A DNA stretch of 62,942 nt, counting the filler, from Bipalium vagum (taxonomy: Eukaryota): assembly GCA_037834085.1 (NCBI GenBank). It is 3 parts of 3 records of this genome, joined end to end, with 100 filler letters (N's around TTAATTAATTAA, not from the genome) between each part and the next. Parts side by side here need not be neighbours in the genome. Positions count along the whole stretch, not along the records: positions 40,143 to 62,942 come from JBBMKC010216580.1; 2 more parts are not named here. One strand, 5' to 3'. The notes under the pieces were generated by a model. That model did no database searches, had not been told where the DNA came from, and saw only the letters and a program-made list of their open reading frames with translations. The translations under genes and the position numbers were made by a program. Below, piece after piece: positions 53,086 through 62,942 of the stretch (positions within the stretch are counted from its first letter, which is position 1; every line of letters begins with the position of its first letter).

Positions 53086-53589
53086 TGATTGGTCGGTGTT
53101 TTGATTGGTCGCTCGATTTTCAATAATGAACTTATCTGTTTGTTGCTTTTGTGTAATGAGGTCATATTTGTTTTTCAATTAACACTGTTGCTAGTCTGTC
53201 TGTCTATCAGATATACAATAATACTTAAATCGTGTGTGTTTTGCAAAATTTAATCGTTCTACGTTTTGTATGTGTGTAACGACCCTATGAGTCTGTGTAT
53301 CTCTGTGTGTATCAGTCTGGGGTTTTCTGTCTTTTGTTTACATATCGTCATTTAAGCACGTGTGTCGTTGAGGTTTGTGTGTATTGCAATAAACAATTTG
53401 ACCCATTTTTCCATTAAGAGTTTTATAATGATTATGCTATCAAGTAGTTGTGTGTGTGTGTGATAACAGCGTCGATGTGAAGTACACACACTGATCACTG
53501 AGTGTGTATTTCTGAATGTTATATTAGCTGTACACATGTGTGTATGTGTGCATGGGTCTAAGTTTTCTGCTACTCTCAGAAAGGTAAGC
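53086..53589 (+). promoter_or_regulatory. Putative promoter and first exon of an unidentified gene
   Basis: Twin TGATTGGTCG (reverse CCAAT) at 53086 and 53102, a GT-rich UTR-like tract, and a strong donor AAG|GTAAGC at 53583/53584. Confidence 0.4.
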
Positions 53590-55060
53590 AGAAGCAACAG
53601 TAGCAGGGGTTTTCTATTAGAATCATGGGTTTTTGAGAATCAATGATCTTTGTGATTTCTCCCAACCCCCGAAACATGTATTTCTGCTTTAATCTGTAAA
53701 AATTTTTATTCCTAATCCTCGCATTTCCAATGCATTTTTTGTCGGAGAATCCGAAAACAATGCCGAGACCGAACTACCATTGCACCAGTATCAATTTGAT
53801 GGGGATGGGGAACTTAATTTCTTCGTACATGCTGAAGAAAAACAATAAATGGTATTAAAAAAAGAAGCTGATTTACCAGCAATTAGTGCTGCTATTGTTT
53901 GGTTTGAGATTGATGAAATGGAAGAGGTGAAGTAGTAAAGATAACAATTAAAACCATTTGAAATGGTTGATATTTTTGTTTTCCTATCTCCCAACATGAA
54001 GCCCATTCGGATAAATGAATGGGGTTTAATTTATTTACCGAGTGAGAACAAATGTTTACATGACCACCTGGTAAATAAAGCAACAATTTGTTGATATTGG
54101 TAATTGAAATTGCATGTTCATGTTAAAATAATGATTATATCAACTAGTAACATTATATACACTTTATGGACGATTTGAGGTTGAATGGACCTGGGCAATT
54201 TCTGATAACAGATATCTTCTAATTTCCCCAATTTATTTCCCTTACCGAAATCAATGCGTTTCATGTGCAAGATTAATATTTTTTTTCGCTTCATGTTATC
54301 TGTTAATGCCAACGCCAGGCATTGATGATTCTGTAAGTCTTTCACTGAACGAATGAAAATTCCATTAGTATATTTTGTGGGATCAAACTCAACATTGGGT
54401 TCCGATCACATTTTGTCTATATCGAGTCACACTGAAATCAATAACAAAATAAATTACCAAAAAATATTTATTTATTTTTAAAATAAAAATTTTTATTGAT
54501 TTTAAATTTCTTTCACTTCTTTAAAATATCTGAAAAAATTAAGAAAAATTTTTTTTGAGATTGGAATTTTATTAGTGGAATATTTTTTCATTTTTATTTT
54601 GATACAATTAAATGAATGTGGAATATTCTTTTTTTTCATGAATTTTTAATGGAATTGCAAATTAAATAAATGATAAATAATATTTTACTTAATTATTTCA
54701 TTAAATAAATTGAAAAAAAACACACTGCAACTTTATTAATATTATTATGTTAATATTTACATTAAAATTTATAATAAAAATAATAATATACAATTTATAA
54801 TGTTAGCATTCATAATTATATGAATACTATTTTAAATTATAAAAAAAAAGAAAATAATTAAAGAAAAAAAGTTTTACAAAATTTTTAAAAATTATAAAAA
54901 AAATAAAATAATAACAGTAATAATATAAAATTAATAATATAATAACAATTCAAATAATAATAATAATATAAATAATAAATATAATATATATAAAGTAATA
55001 AAAAAAAATTATAGAAAAATAATTATAAAAATAATTTTAATAATAATAAAAATAATTATT

Positions 55061-55097
<37 letters not shown>

Positions 55098-56381
55098 TAG
55101 TAATTTAGTGAACATTAAAAAAAGTTTAAAAGTTGAAGTTTAATTTGAGTAATTATATTTTTAGAAACAAAATTACTCATTATAATTATTAATTAATAAA
55201 AAAAGAAAGGAAGCAGTTTAGCTTTCGTTAAATTAATTAAAAATTATTATACTTAATTCAGAATATTTATAGGGGAAATCCCAACTTAAAATCAATTAAT
55301 TAAAAGAAATTCTGATTTTTTTCTTTTTCAAAATTTCCAGAGCTCTGAAAAGTTTTTCCCGATTGTCACAAATTCGTTAGAAGACTGAGAAAGAGTTTCT
55401 GGTTCCTATATTATTTATTTAATTATAATTTGATTTCAATACGGCTTGCTAGGCTGAGTTCTGCTTTCGTTTCTTAGTCACCGAAGTCTATCGTAATAAT
55501 TCCCAAAGTTCTTGGAATATTTCAGGTGGCACGTTAATCAATAGTGGACTCTAATAGTGGAGTAGTGCCAATTTGTCTCTTCTCTAAAAAGTTGAACAAT
55601 TCATTTTATAATTTTCAGATAATTTTTTCTGCCCAATAGATTATTTAGATCAGTTAAAAAAATTTTCTGGTAACAATCTTCCTTTTAATTCACATTATTT
55701 GTATTTTTTATTAAGTTATAAGGGATATTATATAGTAATATCTTTTTTTATTAATTATTTTAATGTAAAATATTAATTTTCTTTTTATTTTCACTAATTC
55801 ATTGATTCACGTTTTAATCGATTTCATCATCGTAGCATATTGGTTATAACGATTTTGTTTTAATTAATATTTTCTCAGGTCTTTTCATAAGCTTTGTATA
55901 AGTTGAAAGCCCCCTCTATTCACCGTGGGTCATGACCCGGTAACCTTTCAAGGAGGAGGAAAAATTTTTATTGGGTACTTTATTATTAGGTTATTATTAC
56001 TTAATTAAAACCAATTACCGCACATAAAAGAGCACAAACTTAATTAAAGGCTGTTTTTTAATAAATAGGACTCATTAGGATAGATACAAATCCTACACAC
56101 TCACGCAGCACAATTAAATTTTCTACCGAAAAGCGTGATCAGTATTTTCTATATAACTGCACACTTCCATTTCACCGTTGCGCAGTGTGTATAACTGCAC
56201 ATTATTGTAGGCACCAGGTATTAATGATGTAAAACGGTAAGAAATGTATTTCACAGCTGATTTTAATACCTGCTGTGATAACTAACAGTGCTGTAATTAT
56301 TTAAAAATGTGCCAATTCCTTGTTCTATTTATCATTAGTCTCATTCATGTACTTATCTCATTTATTTCATTCAGTATAGAA

Positions 56382-57071
56382 CAGTGGTTCCCAACCTGCT
56401 ACATCGCGCACACTATTGAGCTCTAAAAATGTTCACGGTACTCCTATCACAAAACATAAATAAAGACTTTTGCCAATGAAATTGTAAACAACAAAAAAGA
56501 ACATATAAGGAGAATTTTATTCACATAAAATTTGTCACAAATACAGTACCGCGTATAGAATAATAATAATGGTAAATATCAGTGGGAGAGTTGTACCTGG
56601 TCATTTTTTATACTGCTGCAATTTGCGGGCGAATGTGACAAAGACAAAATCTTAACTCTTCTTCAACGGTTTTAAGTCTTTTACGATTTTTATTTTAATT
56701 TGCCTAGCTAAGAAACTCCCAGGTCACATAGTTACGACGTCGATAATTGCAGTAATACTTTGACTGTCTTTTTAATAGGAGTTGAATACTCTTCTATAAC
56801 AGATATCCAAAAGGCGTCTAATGGCAGTTGACTGTACTTCAATTTGAGTCACCGATCACTGGAAAGACTCGATACTTCTTCCTCTCCACATAACTTTTCA
56901 TTGGAAAAATTAATGGCCCATAAATATAGGAAAGGATTACGAATCCAATCAAATTCTTCAGTGCTGATTGAGGGAAAATATTCTTCCATTTTTAAAATAT
57001 CTCTTCACGGCACACCAGCAATCATTTCACGGCACACTAATGTGCCGCAGCACGGTGGTTTGGAACCACTG
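56382..57071 (-). mobile_element. Non-autonomous hAT (Buster/Charlie-like) deletion derivative
   Basis: 15-bp TIRs CAGTGGTTCCCAACC / GGTTTGGAACCACTG and 8-bp TSD GTATAGAA/GTATATAA. The minus strand encodes YFPS...DWIRNPF...LDAFWISVIEEY...VLLQLSTS*LCDLGVS (hAT dimerisation domain). Confidence 0.93.
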
Positions 57072-57459
57072 GTATATAAGAACCGAACGTTGTTTAGCTA
57101 AGAGTCAGCTGTACCAGATCACTGCTTTAGACTTTATTAATTTACTTAGAGTTATTCACATTTTAAGCTCTGAACTGTTGAGGTGTTTTTGGGTTAGGGT
57201 TTTAGGGAGATTTTTTTATGTGTGACAGATGATGACATTAAAAACAATCATAATTTGATTCAGACAGAACTCGTCAGTCAAGAGATACGATACTGTGGTT
57301 GACTGGAAATCGACCTATAAGACCTTACAAATTTTACCTGTAGAGACCCATATTTGTTAGCCTTCAACAAAATAATTAATACAAATAAAAAAATAAGCGA
57401 GACTGAAATGTTTACCGAAAAAAAAATGTCTCTATTGAAACCACTTGGGAGAAATTGGT

Positions 57460-58181
57460 AAATTTAAATAAGTTGGGCAAGTGGGTCCCTTTCAAATGAA
57501 CAAAAGACAGAAAAATCGTTGATTTGAAATGCATCTTCTTTCAATAATGATTCTTTTATCGACTGCATTTGACTTCCGATGAAAAGGAGCTCAATGCCCA
57601 GACCATGATCCGACTGTAAAACATTATTCAAAACTAAATTTACATCCAAAACATTGGTATTGTTTTGTGGACTGATTCTGGTACGCATTCATTACAGTGA
57701 CTTAAACCCCAGCGAAACTATTATGACAGAGAAGTAATGTTATGAAATCGACGAGATGCACTTGAAACATCGACAAGTCAATATGAAAGGACCAATTATG
57801 CTCCACGATATCGGTCGGCCAATTGTGACATAATCGACCTTACAGAAATTAAACCAGTTGTAGTACGAAACTCTGTCTCATCCATAGCATACTCGTCGGA
57901 CCTTTCGTCCACTGACTACCACTTCTATAAAACATTTACAAAACGTCTTTAAGGGAAATTGTTTCAAAAATCAGACAATGCTAAAGAGACATTCAACGAC
58001 CTCTTCGATTCCAGAACTCCTAAATTTTACTCAACTGGCATAAATAAACTTCTGTCTTGTTGGCTAAAGCGTGTTGAATCGAATGGTTCCCATTTCGATT
58101 AATTCTATTTTTTCTTTATTAAAATATATATCAATTCAAAGTTCACTGTCATAAAGGGATATTGGTTTATGGACGACCAGA
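57460..58181 (+). mobile_element. Decayed mariner, 3' two-thirds
   Basis: KLGKWVPFQM, GPIMLHD, STLQKLNQL, DLSSTDYHF and FYSTGINKL..W...VESNGSHFD*. Right TIR ...TTTATGGACGACCAGA|TA. Confidence 0.88.
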
Positions 58182-59649
58182 TACTTTAATTAACTTTACC
58201 ATGAATGTTTATCCCTTTCTTTCCTTCGCAACACAATTTTCCGAAATGTCTGTAATATCGATAAGGAAAATATTATCGAAAAATATCCCTAATACAGAAC
58301 TGCCTTTTTATTCTCAATTTTCTGTCAGGCACTTGTTCATATTTCTCTTAAGAATATTTCATTGAGATAAGTCGTGATCAATATGGCCCAGTTGTCTCCC
58401 CGGAAAAAATTGTTGCTTACTTCTTCTTCTGGACACTTCAAAGGGTGATTACTTCACAGAAATTTTAATGAAAATTGGCATTGATTAAATTTGTGGAAAT
58501 TCTCAACGAATTGTCTGACAATCGACGCTGAGCCTACGGGAGCCGTTCACAGGCCTGGGATTGACAGGATAAGAATCATAAATTTGATTAGGCATAAATC
58601 CCATTTGGTTGTTGGGATAACTTACTATGATGATTAAATTCTGAGCTTTAATTGAAGGGGAAGTCGTTTGTGAAAGCAGGCCTCGGTGATGCGTTATGTT
58701 ATCGATTAAATATTGAATTAGTTTTAATTTTTGTTCATTTCAGTTACAGAAAAATCGAAATAACACTTTTATAACAATACCTGTAACGGGAGTGGGAAAT
58801 AATCCCGATCCTTTTTCCAAAGCAAATAAACTCGTTCATGTATAAAAGTAATGAGACATTTATTTCACTCAAAGTAATCTCAGTTGGCAGGTACGCCTGA
58901 ACGTTCTTTTTCTTGTACGCTGTAGTCACCAGTCTTGAATCGGCAAAACCATTCTCTGCATGTAGCTTCGGATACTCCATGTTCGCCGTAAGTTTGTAAC
59001 AATAATCAATACGTTTCTGCTACTGATTTCCTTAAATTGAAGCCAAATAAAACTGTTTCCAGCAAATAAACTTTTCTCTGGATATAATTTTGAACTTCCG
59101 CCTAGAATAATAACGAAGTTAAACAAATAATCGTTATTAATCGTAACGGATACACTCCAATGTCAACTTTTAATGTTCTCTTTGCATTATGTGAGTCTTT
59201 TATTGACTGAATCATTTTTCAATAGGGATTGGTGATTTTCTCTGTTTCTCTTGTTTTAATTTGATCTAAAGGTTACGTACATTTATTGATAAACGTGTGG
59301 ATTTAAAAGAGACGACCTCAGGGACCAAATAGGTAAAAGTTTGTTTCCCCTCTCAATCAGAGTGAGATAAAAATGATTAAAGAAAAAGCTTCAGCCTATG
59401 AGATTTCGAATTCTCTTCGCCGAAAACGTTGTCTGAAGTTTATGCTTGCTATGAGTATAAGCAAGGTATTTCCAAGGTTTTTAAACTAAATCACTTCAAA
59501 CAGTAATCTCCTTTTTCAATGTCGTTCTTAACTAACAAAAGAGTAGAATCATAAAGGACCCAGGTAAATATTATAAAGGTCTTTAAGTGCTATAGAGATG
59601 TACAATGTTTCAGATTTTAAAACTTTATATCAATATTTTGCTCTTGAAA

Positions 59650-60273
59650 AAGTTAAACATCCCATGTTTCTGAAAAGACAAAGGTACCACTATTGTTAAG
59701 CTCACCAAGCGTGATTTTTTCGAAAAAATTAAAAATTTTAGGATCAAACAGAAGATCGAAGTAACAGAAGCCTTGAAAGCTAAATCTACAACTCGGAACG
59801 AAAAAGTGTCAATGTATAAATGTTATCTAAGTACAATGTCCAGAATTGTGTCCCAAGAGCCAAAATTATAAATCTTGATATGGAAAACATTAACACATCT
59901 TGACATCTTCGATTATAAGTGAAGTTCATCAGCACAATAATTATGAAACTGTTGAGGCCGAGGAAGGAGACAATGAACTAAGCCAATGAAATTTTTTTTC
60001 TTTAACACTGCTTTATCATCCAGAGAAATGGCGATCGTCAAATCATAAATGGTGTAGAAAATCAAATTAATGACTTAATTAACAAGAACGCTGAAAGAAA
60101 ATAATCGATTTGTTTAAATAAGAATGTATATATACATTTTTCTTTTACCTTTATAAGTAACCTAATTCAGAATTGCATAATTATTGATGACAAAATTAAC
60201 AATAATTGTCAAAAATGTTTAACTGCACAAAATGTTTCAACAAAATCGATGCGCACTTATTCGACTTTGACTG
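59650..60273 (+). mobile_element. Probable pogo/Tigger-type remnant (right end only)
   Basis: Ends GCGCACTTATTCGACTTTGACTG|TA (CAGT-type TIR). The internal coding signal is weak and the left boundary is uncertain. Confidence 0.35.
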
Positions 60274-61349
60274 TATATTTATTTAAATATATCAATTTAA
60301 ACAAAAAAACTTTAATAATCGGTACATTTATTTGATAATCAACGGATAATGCACATTTGTAAAAATTAAATAAAATTAATTAATAATTTCCTGGATGTAA
60401 CGTTTACCGTTATATTGATTTTTTATAAATATTTTCAGCTTCTCCAATTTATTTATAATTTAATATTATATTTTATTCAATTGGATAATAATTAATAATA
60501 TTAAAATGCTTCAGATATTATCGCCGAAAATATTGAGAACTTATTCCGATTAACACGACATTTATTGTTTATGTAAACACTGATGATACAAACAATTAAT
60601 TATTTAAAAATATTATTAAAAATATATATAATGAAAATTATTTTATTTTATTTTTAAATTAATAAAAATATTTCGTAAAAGTAAAAAAAATCAGTTCAAC
60701 ATTTATGAATATTCGTATTTAATATCATCAATAAAATTGATCAGCATCTCTGGTTAATTAAAACAAAAAAAAATTTATAATTATTAATTAAATATTATTA
60801 TTAAAAACATTAATAATAAAATTCTTTATAAATTAAAAATGAAAATTGTACGCGATGAGAAAGAGAAAAATATAAAAGGAAAAAAAAACTTGAAGATTAC
60901 GCAAAAAAAAAACAGTACGAAACTGTTTTAATACTACAAGTATTAAAATATTTATCTGAATATAAATAAATAAATAAATAATATTAAACAAAAGGAGGAA
61001 GAAATGCGAAATGGGAATCTCGTGAAATAATTGAAATATTTTATTTTGTTTTTGAAATCTTGAAAAGATTCAGAGAAATATTTAAAAGAGAAACATTCTT
61101 TCTTTATTTATGAAAGTGAGTGAACAGAAATCTCAGTAAACAAAATCTGTTTGAAATCAATAAAATTGTATATTTTGTGAAAAGTAAAAATTTTCTGAGC
61201 AAATTTACATTCTAATAAAAATATTTTGCCATTTGAAACATTTTTAATTTTAATTCCATTTATATTTTTTTTAATTAAAAATTTCATATATATATATATA
61301 TATAATTAAATTATTAAATATTAAGTAATAATAATATTTTCAAATATTA

Positions 61350-61386
<37 letters not shown>

Positions 61387-61530
61387 TTTCTACTTTTTAA
61401 GTAATATTTATATTGTCAAATATTGAATAATAATAATAATAATAATATTTTTAAATATAAAATAATATTAATATTTCTACTTTTTAAGTAATATTTATAT
61501 TGTCAAATATTTAATAATAATAATTTTTTC
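61350..61530. repeat. Local tandem duplication (~87-bp period) with AAT runs
   Basis: AATATTTCTACTTTTTAAGTAATATTTATATTGTCAAATATT occurs twice. Confidence 0.8.
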
Positions 61531-61615
61531 AAATATTAATAATATTCATATTTTTTATATTAAACAATAATAATATTTGTAATTTTTAAGTAACATTGAT
61601 ATATTTAAACAATTA

Positions 61616-62840
61616 TTGGGTCTTCAAGTATGAAATTTGTAAAAAAGAATGCTTATTAATAAAATACAAACAAGAAGAATTAATCTAATCATCGAAGTGT
61701 GCACCTGTTGTGTCTATGCACTTTTGCCATTAAGGCGGCAGCTTGTTCGTATCGGTTGTATAAAACCCTGACGGACGGAAGTTGGTGAATTCCTGGAAGG
61801 TCAATTTTTCAGTATCATCAGAATTGAATTGCTTTCTTATTAAAAAATTCTCCGAATTTCGAAATAAATGGTAGTCAGAAGAAGCCATATCGGGTGAGTA
61901 TGGAGAATGATGAAGAAGTTCCAACTTCAATTCCTGCAGTTTTGTCATTTACGAAGTATGTGGTCTAGCGTTGTTAATCGTTAAGATAGGAGTCGATCTA
62001 TTGACCAAACAGGGCTGTTTTTCTTGAAGTTTTTCCATCTTAGCGTCCAATTGCTTGCAGTACACTTCAAGAAATCAAGATGGATGATACCTGCGCTAGA
62101 CCACCAAACACTCACCATCAGCATTTCCTGATGTATTTCAGGCATTGAAGTGTGTTTTTAAAAACTGTGCTGAACGTTTACCATTTTCATATTTGATCCA
62201 TTACTCGTCACAAGTGATGATACCATTCAAAATGGACAAGATTTGTGATGAGAAAGCAGCACTAAACAAGCTTTCAAAAGCTTTAATTTCTTGTTTTCAT
62301 TGAGTTTATGTGGAACCTATTTATTCAATTCACTTTGCCTAGTTGAGATAAATGGAATAATATTGTTTGATTACTGACACCAAACCTCAAGGATAATTCA
62401 TGGGCGCTTTGAGATGGATCAGACTCAACGGTGACCTTTAATTGGTCATTACAGTTTTTTGGTTCTGGCCGACCGCGTGGCTCATTCGAGAGGCCAAATT
62501 GACCTTTTCGAAACTTAGCAAATTAATTTGCCACAGTCCGCTGTGTAGTTACATGGCAGCCAAATACTCCATTAATATTTCACGCGATCTGTTATGATCT
62601 AGTTCCTCATAAAAATTCAATTTTCATGATGATTCGAATTTCTGCTTTTTCCACTTTTAAATAATTTGATTATTAAAAGAAATATTCATTACCATTTATT
62701 AAGATTGTATTGATTTGTTTGACAGGCGAAAAATGTAACTTTCATAAAAAACCGGATGCTAAAATATGAAACCATGGTCAAATAATCAGCTGATAAAATT
62801 GACAATGTATTACCTAAAATTTTCATACTTGACGACCCAA
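61616..62840 (-). mobile_element. Full-length decayed mariner (DD34D)
   Basis: TIRs TA|TTGGGTCTTCAAGTATGAAA and TTTCATACTTGACGACCCAA|TA. Remnants IITCDE, MLMVSVWWS and LLHHSPYSPDMASSDYHLFR. Confidence 0.94.
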
Positions 62841-62942
62841 TACATAATAATATTTTAATAATAATAATTTAAATAAAATTATTTTTAAATATTAAATAAT
62901 AATAAATATTTTTTAAATATTAAATAATAATAAATATATTTT

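Noticed and set aside
58533-58570. CCTACGGGAG and GGATTGACAG resembling SSU rRNA motifs
   Set aside because: Only 10-nt matches; the surrounding sequence does not follow rRNA.

Overview
Very AT-rich eukaryotic (animal/invertebrate-like) genomic DNA. It consists of three contigs joined by identical 100-bp N spacers that carry a TTAATTAATTAA linker (19001-19100, 40043-40142). Contig 1 holds the 3' exons of a kinesin light chain gene (minus strand, with several phase-compatible alternative C-termini). Contig 2 holds the 3' two-thirds of a neurabin/spinophilin-like gene (plus strand: post-PDZ segment, coiled coil, SAM domain). Both genes lack their 5' exons at the first gap. The introns and intergenic DNA are full of decayed transposons: six mariner copies, two Tc3-like, one maT/DD37D, pogo/Tigger, hAT, Merlin and a Gypsy integrase followed by a possible env-like ORF. 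There are also four copies of an LTR-like repeat. Contig 3 has no recognisable host gene, but has a ~15-kb TE-poor stretch of complex non-coding islands and a promoter-like first exon. The most unusual items are (i) an anticodon-arm-deleted tRNA-Ala-like gene whose acceptor stem is extended by a perfect 12-bp inverted repeat, (ii) a 75-nt stem-loop conserved with compensatory and G-U changes across the LTR-like copies, and (iii) a hairpin-dense segment between two head-to-head copies of that repeat. All family assignments come from motif recognition by eye; no searches were run.
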